A stretch of 64,000 nucleotides of DNA, from positions 1,489 through 65,488 of the forward strand of contig CALBEE010000058.1 of assembly GCA_937927575.1 (NCBI GenBank), in the 5' to 3' direction. The notes under the pieces are model-generated. The model saw only the letters and a list, made by a program, of their open reading frames with translations. It was not told where the DNA came from and ran no database searches. Of the stretch, positions 9,990 to 20,400 are shown piece by piece; the stretch's first letter is position 1; each line of letters begins with the position of its first letter. This stretch comes from an uncultured Saprospiraceae bacterium (GTDB lineage Bacteria; Bacteroidota; Bacteroidia; Chitinophagales; Saprospiraceae). The position numbers were made by a program, and so were the translations under genes.

Positions 9990-10730
9990 ATGAAACAATT
10001 ATTAACCTTAATTATTCTAACCTGCTCCCTTCACCTCACCGCACAAATATATGACGACTATATTGGCGCAGGCCAAAGTCAAGGGGTAACATTCACCAGT
10101 AGTGATAACCAATCTAACGGTCTTGCTGCAATGAATGGAGAAGGACTTAATCTCGATATGAGGGGATCCTCTAGATTTTTAGCCTCCTCTACCATGGGCT
10201 ACACTATTGAAGATGTACAAGCCTTGACTGAAACAGGCATTGAATCTTGGATCGATAGCCAAATGAGTCTCCCTGCAAGTGAATATGCGCTACCCACAGT
10301 AGAGTTTATATTCGATTTACTAGACCAGTGCTATGAGACTTTTGGAGAGTCTTTGTGCGAACAAAATTTTATTACAAATGCAGGTATGTGGAGAGTAATT
10401 TGGTGGGACCACGTAATGAAAAGTGAAGATCAATTAAGACAAAGAGTCGCATTAGCATTAAGTGAAATTCTGGTCATTTCCGACAAATCAGAACTTCAAA
10501 ACGCACCGCATGGACTCGCTACATATTATGATATATTATCGAAAAATGCTTTTGGCAATTATAAAGATATCCTAAATGAAGTGACACTTAATCCATCCAT
10601 GGGTTTCTATCTCAGTCACATCAATAATCAACGTACCATTCCATTACAAAACATTAGTCCTGATGAAAATTATGCTAGAGAAATTATGCAATTATTTTCT
10701 ATTGGTCTTTATGAACTATGGAATGATTGA
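9990..10730 (+). CDS. DUF1800 family protein, N-terminal part (ends at in-frame TGA 10728-10730)
   Basis: Signal peptide. Same reading frame as the next ORF (10746 - 9990 = 756 = 252 x 3), separated only by a TGA. Partnered with a downstream Tat-signal DUF1501 gene, as is typical for DUF1800. Confidence 0.5.
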   Translation: MKQLLTLIILTCSLHLTAQIYDDYIGAGQSQGVTFTSSDNQSNGLAAMNGEGLNLDMRGSSRFLASSTMGYTIEDVQALTETGIESWIDSQMSLPASEYALPTVEFIFDLLDQCYETFGESLCEQNFITNAGMWRVIWWDHVMKSEDQLRQRVALALSEILVISDKSELQNAPHGLATYYDILSKNAFGNYKDILNEVTLNPSMGFYLSHINNQRTIPLQNISPDENYAREIMQLFSIGLYELWND

Positions 10731-10745
10731 TCACGAAAAGTTGAT

Positions 10746-11825
10746 ATGACCACTGGAGAGTGGATCCCTACTTACGATGATGATGATATTAAGGGTCTCG
10801 CAAAAGTATTTACCGGATTAAGTGGAAGTGCATGGTATACGGACGAAATAGAAGCTCCTGTCCAGTTTGGTTTTCCATTCAATGCGTATGACCTATTACT
10901 TCCTATGCAGATGTACGAACTATGGCATGAGCCAGGAGAAAAAGAAATAATCGGTGGACATATAATCCCGGCTGGACAATCTGGTATGGAAGATATAGAA
11001 GAAGCGATAGATGTTATTTTTAATCATGACAACGTAGGTCCGTTTCTTGCCGAAAGATTAATACAGCGTCTCATCAAATCAAATCCTACTCCTGCCTATA
11101 TTGATAGAGTGGCAACCGTCTTCAATGACAATGGATCTGGAGAAAGAGGTGATTTGGCTGCTGTGGTCAAGGCGATTCTATTAGACTCAGAAGCCTACGA
11201 GTGTTTCTGGATTGATAATATTTCTAACGGAATGTTGCGTTCGCCTCTTTTGAGATATACGCAAATGATGAAAGGCCTCAAAGCAGAAGCAGAATCTGAA
11301 TTGTTTTTTAATGCAGGCGTTAACTACGAAATTTTTGTAGGTCAAGCACCACTCGGCGCTCCATCTGTTTTTAATTACTATGCACCAGACTATGTCCCCA
11401 ACGCTGATTTTGCATATGAAAATTTAGTAGGTCCAGAGTTTCAAATTTTAAACTCTTCTACTTCTTCAAATTACGTAAATTATATGTTCCTTGCCTTCAT
11501 GAGGGAATTTTTAAACAATACGTACAATCTTCAACTAACTAATGTATTGAACGGAGACAAAGGAGAGTATAATCTTTATGATCCACAAAACAACGATAGT
11601 TACGAAGCCGTATTGAGTGATGAACTATGGATGGACTTAGGCTACTCACCTGCAGATCTAATAGACTATTTAGATATACTTATGTGTAATGGTTCTCTTA
11701 GTGATGATACTAGAGAAAGGTTGACCAATTCGGTGAGTAGAACCGATTTATTTACACCAATTGATGCTGCCAATTATGCAGCATATATGATTATGATTAA
11801 TCCAGATTATACGATACTCAAATAA
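10746..11825 (+). CDS. DUF1800 family protein, C-terminal part (same frame as 9990-10730)
   Basis: Continues the upstream ORF after the TGA: ...YELWND*SRKVDMTTGEW.... Confidence 0.5.
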   Translation: MTTGEWIPTYDDDDIKGLAKVFTGLSGSAWYTDEIEAPVQFGFPFNAYDLLLPMQMYELWHEPGEKEIIGGHIIPAGQSGMEDIEEAIDVIFNHDNVGPFLAERLIQRLIKSNPTPAYIDRVATVFNDNGSGERGDLAAVVKAILLDSEAYECFWIDNISNGMLRSPLLRYTQMMKGLKAEAESELFFNAGVNYEIFVGQAPLGAPSVFNYYAPDYVPNADFAYENLVGPEFQILNSSTSSNYVNYMFLAFMREFLNNTYNLQLTNVLNGDKGEYNLYDPQNNDSYEAVLSDELWMDLGYSPADLIDYLDILMCNGSLSDDTRERLTNSVSRTDLFTPIDAANYAAYMIMINPDYTILK

Positions 11826-11862
11826 TTTTATTAGAAATTCTATAATCGAAAAAAGAAAAATA

Positions 11863-13260
11863 ATGGCAAAACATAAATATAGCAGAAGAGATTTTTTAGG
11901 TGCCGCTCCTTGCTTAGCATTGGGTACCACTACTCTATTTTCATCTCTAATTAATCTTAGAGCTATGAACTCTTTAATGGGTTCTACGGCTATGGTAGGC
12001 GGAGAATACAAGGCCTTAGTTTGTATTTTATTATCCGGAGGAAATGATTCTTATAATATGATCATCCCTCGTAGTGATAATGAATATAATGAATATGCTG
12101 CCGTAAGATCCAACCTAGCTATTCCTCAGAACGATTTGCTACCTATCAATCCTAATACGACCGATGGTAGAGACTACGGTTTGCATCCGAGTATGACTGG
12201 ATTACAAAATCTATTTCAACAAGGAAATGCAGCCTTTGTCAATAATGTAGGCACATTAGTAGAGCGAGTGACTAAGGCAGAAATTGAAAATGACACCGCT
12301 AAGCTTCCTTTAGGATTACGTTCTCATATTGATCAAGCGGCACATTGGCAAACCGCATTTCCGCAAGAAAGAGTCTCTACTGGTTGGGGAGGTAAAATGG
12401 CGGATATTTTAAAATCTATGAATACTAATGATGAGGTTTCTATGAATATTTCTCTGGGTGGAAATAATATTTTCCAAAGAGGAGAAGAAGTATCTGAATT
12501 CGCCATTAATAATGAAGGTGGTGTATCTGTTTTTGGATATGGAGGACTAGATCCATTTACTAGTTTAATGACTGCAGATATTAGCAGTATGAATAACAAA
12601 CTTTATGAAGACGTATTTAAAGATTCTTACAAAGGCGTTCTAAAAAGAAGTATTGATAGCAATGAGTTTTTTAATGAGGCGATAGAGAATGTTGGAAATT
12701 TAAACACGCAATTCTCTGGGACTAACCTATCGAAAGATCTTAGAATGGTCGCTCAGAGTATCGCTGCCAGAAATACTCTAGGTGCCAAAAGACAAATTTT
12801 CTTTGTACAATTAGGTGGATTCGATACACATGATGATCTAGGAAATCAGCATGCCAATCTTCTAAACAATCTCGATAATGCATTATCAGAATTTTACGCT
12901 GCGACCGAAGAATTAGGTGTAAGTGATTGTGTCACCACCTATACAATTTCAGATTTTGCAAGAACATTAACTAGTAACGGTAATGGTACAGATCACGCCT
13001 GGGGTGGAAACACAATAGTAATGGGAGGAGCCGTAAGAGGAAAAGAAATGTATGGCGAATATCCTATCATCGCAGCAAACACCAATCTAGAATTAGGTGG
13101 AGGAGTATTGCTGCCAACCACTTCAACTGATCAGTACTTTGCTGAAATTGCACTTTGGTTTGGTATCTCTCCTAATGATCTCTCTTTGATACTACCTAAC
13201 ATTGATAACTTCTATAATATTAATACAGAAGAAGGGCGGCTAGGATTTTTAGATTACTAA
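11863..13260 (+). CDS. DUF1501 family protein with twin-arginine (Tat) signal
   Basis: N-terminal SRRDFLGAAPCLALG Tat motif. DUF1501 (sulfatase / alkaline-phosphatase-like fold) context with DUF1800 upstream. Confidence 0.65.
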   Translation: MAKHKYSRRDFLGAAPCLALGTTTLFSSLINLRAMNSLMGSTAMVGGEYKALVCILLSGGNDSYNMIIPRSDNEYNEYAAVRSNLAIPQNDLLPINPNTTDGRDYGLHPSMTGLQNLFQQGNAAFVNNVGTLVERVTKAEIENDTAKLPLGLRSHIDQAAHWQTAFPQERVSTGWGGKMADILKSMNTNDEVSMNISLGGNNIFQRGEEVSEFAINNEGGVSVFGYGGLDPFTSLMTADISSMNNKLYEDVFKDSYKGVLKRSIDSNEFFNEAIENVGNLNTQFSGTNLSKDLRMVAQSIAARNTLGAKRQIFFVQLGGFDTHDDLGNQHANLLNNLDNALSEFYAATEELGVSDCVTTYTISDFARTLTSNGNGTDHAWGGNTIVMGGAVRGKEMYGEYPIIAANTNLELGGGVLLPTTSTDQYFAEIALWFGISPNDLSLILPNIDNFYNINTEEGRLGFLDY

Positions 13261-13316
13261 AGCAAACCCATTCGAAAATTACTATTAAAAATTGAAGACC
13301 ATAAAAGAAGAAAAAG

Positions 13317-14051
13317 ATGAAATATATATATACGTTAATCGCAATAATCAGTGTATCATTGAGCCTATCTGCACAATGTATAGATGATACCCACAGCCCA
13401 TTTAAAAATCAAGGCTGGATGTCATGCAATACTAGTATCGGACCTATACCCGAACGTGGTAATGTACATTGGTTACAATATGATCTAGGAGATGTCTATG
13501 TACTTGATTCACTTTACATTTGGAATCATAATGTGTGGGGAGAAACAGGTATGGGCGTGAAAAGTATCATGATCGATTACTCCACTGATCAAACCAACTG
13601 GACATCAGCTGGACCATTTACTATTGAAAAAGCGCCAGGATCTTGGAAGTATCAAGGAACTATGGGACCATCTCTTAATAATGCACAAGCACAATATGTA
13701 GTTATTTCTGTTTTATCCACGCATCGCGAAGATGTAACTTGTGCTGGAGTAGGCGAATTTTTATTCTATCTAGGAGAAATGGTTGATGTAGAAGATCAAG
13801 AGATTACAGAATTAGATTGGAACATATCTCCTAATCCTACTACGGAAGATATTACGATTACTTTACCCGAAAACATAAATTTAATTAGTCTAAATTTATT
13901 CAATTCCGTAGGAACGAAAATTTCTGACTTGCCACTACCTGCAGGCGAAAAAATAACAATTCCTGTCAGTGATTTACAAAATGGTCTGTACTACATTAAT
14001 TTTCAATCTGAGAACGAAACACGGAGTAAAAGTTTTGTGAAGGTAGATTAA
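13317..14051 (+). CDS. Small T9SS-secreted protein with discoidin/F5-8 type C-like domain and type A CTD
   Basis: Signal peptide. Galactose-binding-like segment (WLQYDLGDVYVLDSLYIWNHN). C-terminal ~75 aa T9SS type A sorting domain (ISPNPTTEDITI...KSFVKVD). Confidence 0.5.
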   Translation: MKYIYTLIAIISVSLSLSAQCIDDTHSPFKNQGWMSCNTSIGPIPERGNVHWLQYDLGDVYVLDSLYIWNHNVWGETGMGVKSIMIDYSTDQTNWTSAGPFTIEKAPGSWKYQGTMGPSLNNAQAQYVVISVLSTHREDVTCAGVGEFLFYLGEMVDVEDQEITELDWNISPNPTTEDITITLPENINLISLNLFNSVGTKISDLPLPAGEKITIPVSDLQNGLYYINFQSENETRSKSFVKVD

Positions 14052-14056
14052 GATAA

Positions 14057-14536
14057 TTAGCCTTTGTTGTTTGTCATTCTAATCAACTCAATACATATTA
14101 TCATTCCAAGAATAAATAAATTATGGTTTCCTTCAATTATTGCGATTCCATACTGTTTATGATTAGTCATCATTTTACGTGATACTTTAGCAATATCTTC
14201 ATCGCCTAAAAACACAGTATACTCATTACCTAGCCAATTGCTACTAGCTATATAAGTAGCGACATCGCTTTCTAAAGTATATTTGTTACTAAAAGAACTC
14301 TTTGTCAAAACCGCCTTCAATCCTCCTCGTTCTAGGAATTCAAATCTTCTATTGAAAAAACCATGAAATCTTTCGATTACTAAATCCTCCGTACCCTTAG
14401 CGTCTATAAAAATGAGATGATTATACGCTATCCAACCTGGACATTTGACAGTATATTTCAATACGTTGTCTTCAAAAATTTCGAAAGATCTTCTCCAAAA
14501 TCCCTTTTTTGATATTGAGTATTTATGAAATTCCAT
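14057..14536 (-). CDS. Hypothetical protein
   Basis: ORF abutting the downstream gene by 2 nt (14536 / 14539), so probably co-transcribed. No recognisable motif. Confidence 0.4.
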   Translation of the reverse strand: MEFHKYSISKKGFWRRSFEIFEDNVLKYTVKCPGWIAYNHLIFIDAKGTEDLVIERFHGFFNRRFEFLERGGLKAVLTKSSFSNKYTLESDVATYIASSNWLGNEYTVFLGDEDIAKVSRKMMTNHKQYGIAIIEGNHNLFILGMIICIELIRMTNNKG

Positions 14537-14538
14537 TC

Positions 14539-15459
14539 CTACTTAACGGCAAAATGAACTCTCGTAACCAATTCATGTGGATGTGTGTCCTTAGGACTAT
14601 TACCATATGTTTCGAAGGGATGATAATTCTTTACTATCTTCAATTCCTTAGATCGAATCATAGTCTGTAATGTACTCCATGCGTTACCCAAATGTTCATA
14701 AGGTCCTATATGTTCTAAGGTGTAAATTTTTACCGCGTCTTGCTTACCCAATTGATAATGCGAGGGTAATTCGTCAGGCAAATTATCATAAGGAACTCCC
14801 GCTGTATAGTCACAAATATCTTTGACTGCATCAAACTTATGATAAATACAAATAGCCTTTTCGGGTCTCATTCCCTCTGTATTATGCGCATAAGCCATTA
14901 GATCTTCAAAGTTTTTCTTCATGTTTTTTGGCATGTCAGAAATCGTTGAACTAGTTCTGATATAGATATAATTACATCCAGGATACTGACTCTCCCCCAA
15001 AAAATTTAATTGTGAATGCACTTTACCATCTTCGGCATAATCCTTAAGTAAATTCAATCCTCGATCATAGTCCATTCCTACATAGGTCTCCATCATTTTC
15101 TTCATCCAAAACATAAACCAAGGCAATGTACTATCCATCATCCAACTCAGCTTAGGACCGCCATTGCTCTCCTCCACTTCCATCCTTACCTTTGCTTTTG
15201 ATTTCCACGGCTTCAAAAAGTTCAAGTTGTAATCCACGAATTGGTTAATACCCTCATTTACAATCTGCATATTACCAGAGCCTGTCCTAGGACCCTCCCA
15301 AGAATAGTCTTTACGATCTTTTACCTTCACTTCTGTCTTAGGGTCCATAATCAACCAAGGAGACCAAGCCCTCCATTGCCCCAAGTCGGAGACAATACCA
15401 TATACTTTGTCAATAGGGGCATTGATGTGTTTCGTTCTTACAATTTTCATTAATGGCAT
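14539..15459 (-). CDS. SRPBCC (polyketide cyclase/START-like) + GyrI-like small-molecule-binding fusion protein
   Basis: N-terminus INAPIDKVYGIVSDLGQWRAWSPW is typical of SRPBCC. C-terminal part (IGPYEHLGNAWSTLQTMIRSKELK) resembles the GyrI-like effector-binding fold. Confidence 0.45.
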   Translation of the reverse strand: MPLMKIVRTKHINAPIDKVYGIVSDLGQWRAWSPWLIMDPKTEVKVKDRKDYSWEGPRTGSGNMQIVNEGINQFVDYNLNFLKPWKSKAKVRMEVEESNGGPKLSWMMDSTLPWFMFWMKKMMETYVGMDYDRGLNLLKDYAEDGKVHSQLNFLGESQYPGCNYIYIRTSSTISDMPKNMKKNFEDLMAYAHNTEGMRPEKAICIYHKFDAVKDICDYTAGVPYDNLPDELPSHYQLGKQDAVKIYTLEHIGPYEHLGNAWSTLQTMIRSKELKIVKNYHPFETYGNSPKDTHPHELVTRVHFAVK

Positions 15460-15589
15460 GAGAGCAATATATTTGTTTTGAAATATTAAGGTAATTAATC
15501 AAATAGAAAAATCTGCTTTAGTAATCATAAAATCGATAAAACAACTTACTCTTTCTGAACCATTCATGCTAAAGCTTCGTCTATAATAC

Positions 15590-17404
15590 GTGTCCGATAA
15601 AAAATCATCATACCTGCAAAATTTTACAGCATTAAAATATCTACCCAGATTCTTTAAAGCTGTATATCGCTCTAGCCCTAAGATGTTCATTGTTAATGTA
15701 CTCCTTAGATTAGTGAAGTCGATAATGCCCATCATCTTATTGTGGGTAGGTAAAGAGATTATTGATGAAGTAATTTTACTCGTGAATAGTGAAGAGAATC
15801 AAGATTTAAGTAGAATCTACACACTCATAGCTATTGAATTTACCGTGGCCATTCTTAGCGATTTATTCAATAGATTGATAGGTGTCACGGATACATTGAT
15901 AGGTAATCTATATTCTAATGATTCTTCAATTGAATTAATTCAGAAAACCGCTAGAGTAGATTTAGAGTATCTCGAAGATTCAGAATTTTATGATAAATTA
16001 GAAAGAGCCAGAAGACAAACAGTAGGAAGAGTAAATTTAATGTCTAACTCCCTCTCTCAAGCGCAAGATCTAATTACTATTGTATCATTAATTTCTGCCT
16101 TGATATATTTCTACCCTATTTTGATTGTATTATTAGTGATATCGATTATCCCTACTTTTCTTAATGAACTAAAATTTTCTAACTCTAACTATAAACTCAC
16201 CTCCAGAATGGCTCCTGAGCGTAGACAGTTAGATTATATGCGAGTAATCGGTGCCAGTGACGTCACCGCTAAAGAAGTAAAGTTATTTGGCTTAGCAGAT
16301 TTTATAAGTAATGCTTTTTCCACTACCGCAGATAAGTATTATCAATCGATCAAAAAATTAACTATAAAAAGATCTGTTTGGGGAGCACTGTTCAATATTA
16401 TTGGTGTAGTTGCCTATTATGGTGCTTTCGTATTTATAATTCTCAAGGCAGTAGCTAGTATTGTTACTATTGGTGAACTGACATTTTTGGCTGGATCTTT
16501 TAATAGATTGCGGACACAGCTCCAAAGTATGTTTACTCGATTTAGTAATATAACCGAAAGTGCAATGTACCTCCATGACTATTTTGATTTTATCGATATG
16601 GAGTTTGACGAAAACACTGAATTCGAATTATTGCCAACACCTAAAACAATAGAAGAAGGAATAGTATTTGAAAACGTAACCTTTAGCTACCCTAATGCTC
16701 ATTTACCCGTATTTAGAAATCTATCATTTAAACTATTCAAAGGAGAAAAGTTAGCCCTTGTAGGAGAAAATGGAAGTGGTAAAACAACCTTGATAAAACT
16801 ACTTCTTAGATTATATGAACCCACAAGTGGAAGGATACTAATTGACGGTGTAGATGTGCGCCATTATAACAAAGAGGAATATCAAAAACTCTTTGGAGCT
16901 ATTTTCCAAGACTTCGTAAAATACTATCTCACTACTCGCGTAAATATTGCTGTTGGAAACATTGAAAAAGTTAATGATGATAAACGTATTACGAAATCTG
17001 CAGAACTAAGTTTGGCAGATAAAGTCGTCAAAGATTTACTTAAAGGATATGATCAGGAATTGGGTAGAAGATTTAAAAACGGCGCTGAACTTTCTGGTGG
17101 GCAATGGCAAAAAATAGCATTGGCAAGAGCCTATATGTCAGAGGCGCCAGTAATCATTTTAGACGAACCTACATCCGCATTAGATGCTCGTGCTGAGTAC
17201 GAAGTTTTTCAAAGATTTATCGGTTTGACGAAAGGAAGAACAAGCATAATAATATCTCATAGATTCTCTACAGTTAGAATGGCAGATAGAATATTAGTTC
17301 TTAAAGATGGTGAAGTATTAGAGCTCGGTACACACGAAGAACTAATGGCAAAAGGAGAGTTGTATTCAGAACTTTTTGAGTTGCAAGCTGAAGGATATCA
17401 ATAA
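15590..17404 (+). CDS. ABC transporter, fused permease/ATP-binding half-transporter (MsbA-like exporter)
   Basis: Six-TM N-terminal domain. Walker A GENGSGKTT, ABC signature LSGGQWQKIALARA, Walker B IILDEPTSALD. Confidence 0.8.
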   Translation: MSDKKSSYLQNFTALKYLPRFFKAVYRSSPKMFIVNVLLRLVKSIMPIILLWVGKEIIDEVILLVNSEENQDLSRIYTLIAIEFTVAILSDLFNRLIGVTDTLIGNLYSNDSSIELIQKTARVDLEYLEDSEFYDKLERARRQTVGRVNLMSNSLSQAQDLITIVSLISALIYFYPILIVLLVISIIPTFLNELKFSNSNYKLTSRMAPERRQLDYMRVIGASDVTAKEVKLFGLADFISNAFSTTADKYYQSIKKLTIKRSVWGALFNIIGVVAYYGAFVFIILKAVASIVTIGELTFLAGSFNRLRTQLQSMFTRFSNITESAMYLHDYFDFIDMEFDENTEFELLPTPKTIEEGIVFENVTFSYPNAHLPVFRNLSFKLFKGEKLALVGENGSGKTTLIKLLLRLYEPTSGRILIDGVDVRHYNKEEYQKLFGAIFQDFVKYYLTTRVNIAVGNIEKVNDDKRITKSAELSLADKVVKDLLKGYDQELGRRFKNGAELSGGQWQKIALARAYMSEAPVIILDEPTSALDARAEYEVFQRFIGLTKGRTSIIISHRFSTVRMADRILVLKDGEVLELGTHEELMAKGELYSELFELQAEGYQ

Positions 17405-17405
17405 A

Positions 17406-20400
17406 TTATTTCCACACCTGAACGCTTTCTCGATTATTACTTACTAAAATCAAATCGTTTGCGATCAAAATGTCTTTAGCATCATAGCTGGCATTCATTC
17501 CACTTTCTTTAGCGCTTATTGCTTTATAGTCTCCTTCGGTATCATTAATTAATACTGTACCTATTCCAGCATCAAATCTTGTCGTTTCTACTTCCGTAGA
17601 ATAAAGATTACCTACACAAATTATATCTTTATATCCGTCACTATTTACGTCTTTCACTATAAATCCATTGAGCGGAGACATTTGCGCTTGAGTGGGTAGA
17701 TATTTTATGTCAAGTTTTCCACTTGTGTTTATAGCCATTACACTTTTTAACGAAGACGCTTGTAATGCCTGGGCTTCATCCAAATCGTAAATTTCATCTA
17801 ATGAGGCGTTAGCAAAGTCTTCATACTTTTCAAACTTTTCACTTACAAATGGAACTTGTTCTGTTGAACATTCTTTTCCTCTTAATGGTACGATCTTATC
17901 ATCAAAGTAACTCGCTAATACTACATCATATCTTCCGTTATTATCAAAATCATCTGAGTACAATCTAAACGGTTTATCTTTTGTCGCTTTGAATTTATTG
18001 TTTACTCCTATATTACCAAAAAGATAATCATCAGTTCCATTTTTATCTAGATCAGTGGCTGCAACACTAAAATATAATCCAGACTCTATTCCTGTTTCTT
18101 TTAATGATAATTTGCCTTGATCATTAATAAGTAATTTTGGAGCCATCCACTCTCCTACCGTGAGGACATCTTGATCACCATCTCCGTCGTAGTCAGTAGC
18201 CACGGCATCCGTAACCATTCCAAATTTTTGTAAGAATCCAGCCTGACTCTTTGTAACATTTGTATATTTTCCATTGTCATTCAATAATAAATAAGAGTCC
18301 GGTGATTGGGGATACTTACCTGGTACTAATCTTCCAAAAACAGCTAAATCTAAGTCACCGTCTGCATCAATATCAAAAGGTACTGCTGTAGAGGTGCTGT
18401 TTTTAAGACTCGGTAATATATTGTTGGATTTGGTGAAATTTCCTTTACCATCATTGTTATAAATTCTGTCTTGTAAGTGCACACTTCCTACTTCAAATTC
18501 ATTACCTCCACTACACACATATAGATCCTGATCCCCATCTCCATCATAGTCCAAAAACACACTACGCATATCTTCATATTTTTCATCTAAGACAAAAGAG
18601 GGTATTGTTTTTTGAGAATAACTTCCATTATCAAACAAATATAATTTTCCAGCAAAACCCGCAGATCCTCCTATATATAAATCTTCATCTCCATCGCCGT
18701 CTACATCTGCTTTAGCCATAAAAGGTCCTTGCTCAGATAGTTTATATGGCAATAGATTTTGACTAGCATAATCATTAAAGTCATTCTCTTCATGCTTATG
18801 ATTGATCACATTATCTTCTTGAACCAATAAAGGTTTTCTTCTTTTTACTTTAATAATGGATTTGTCCGAACTTTCAAAGTAAAGCGAATGTGTCATATTA
18901 CTTTCGACGTTTTCCAAAATTGTAGTCATCCTATTGGGCCAACTAATCTCTACTTTATCTATTTTATGGTTTTCACCTAATCCAAAATGTATGATGTTTT
19001 CTGAAGAAGATATAAATCCTTTCACCGTTCCTAATTGAGCATATTGAACTCCATCGGTTGTCGTGATTTTAATACTGGAACCCTGCATGGGTTTATGCTC
19101 CTTACTCTCCAATTTAAATCTTACATAATTACCGTGATCACCGGCCTTATTTTCATATACCGAAGCAAGAGCGTTCATATTATTTACTACTAAATCCAAG
19201 TCGCCATCATTATCTAAGTCTCCGTAAGCGGCTCCCTGAGAAAAACTCTTATCACCTAAGCCCCAATCATTGGCCACATCATCAAAATGAAAATGGCCAT
19301 CACTATGAAATAAATAATTACTCATAGGAGTACTAGGAATGGAATTTATTATTTCGAGCACAGATGACTTTGCACCAGAGGATTGCTTTTTTTGCAGATC
19401 TTGCAAATAGTCGTTATTCCTAAAGTCTCTTTTAATACCATTAGTAATGTAAATATCCTTATGCCTATCGTTATCATAATCTGCCATCAACAAACTCCAA
19501 CTCCAATCTGTCTTCGCAATACCCGACATATGAGAAATGTCGCTAAAAGTATTATCTCCATTATTGAGTTGCAGTGTATTATGCATGTATTGATAATGAT
19601 ACCCTTTGTTTACAAAGCCATAAAATGCTTCTGGCGACATTGAAGGCATATTCGTTTTGGATCTTAAATGATTAGCTCCTGCCATATCTACCACGCCAAT
19701 ATCTAGTAGGCCATCATTATTAATATCCGCGATATCCATGCCCATCGAAAAATTAGATATGTGATTAACGGATTCGTCAATAGTATTTCTAAAGGTACCG
19801 TCCGCATTATTGATGTACATATAATCTGGCTTCTCATAATCATTGGCGATATAGATATCCTGATATCCATCCTGATTGATATCGCTAATGGAAAGACCTA
19901 AGCCATAAGCTGCAGATTCAATTCCAGCTTCCTTACTTACATCTACAAACTTTCCTCCATCATTTCGAAAAAGAAGATCCGAAGTTTCTTTAGAAATAGA
20001 ATCTTGATGTACATAACTGGATTTACCAAACCTCACATTTGACGGTTGATTCATCACGAATAAATCAAGATCTTGATCATTATCATAATCAATAAAAGCC
20101 GATTGCACTGTATAACCACCATTATCAACACCATATGCTTTTGCGGATTCTGTAAATGTGAGATCTCCATTATTGATATACAGCCTATTTCGCTTATCAC
20201 TTTCTAGTGAGGAATAGCCAAACGTGCTGACATATATATCTACAAAGCCATCTTGATTGACATCACCATAACAGATTCCAGCAGATACAGTACCTGGCTT
20301 TTTATTCACCCCTGCAGATTTGGTAATATCTTCAAACTGCATATTCCCTTTATTAAGATATAATGCATCGTCTCCTGTCGTAGCTGTAAAGAATATATCC

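Noticed and set aside
10728-10730. Alternative genetic code (TGA as a sense codon) or selenocysteine at the DUF1800 TGA
   Set aside because: About 55 other long ORFs are intact under the standard code, so TGA cannot be a general sense codon. For Sec there is no evidence in this window of sel genes or an obvious SECIS hairpin. A nonsense mutation or sequencing error is more parsimonious, though recoding cannot be strictly excluded.
15499-15735. Minus-strand 78-aa ORF overlapping the start of the ABC exporter gene, and the similar 20716-20928 and 31341-31580 ORFs in promoter regions
   Set aside because: They overlap better-supported gene starts or sit in short AT-rich promoter gaps, and have no motifs, so they are probably spurious.
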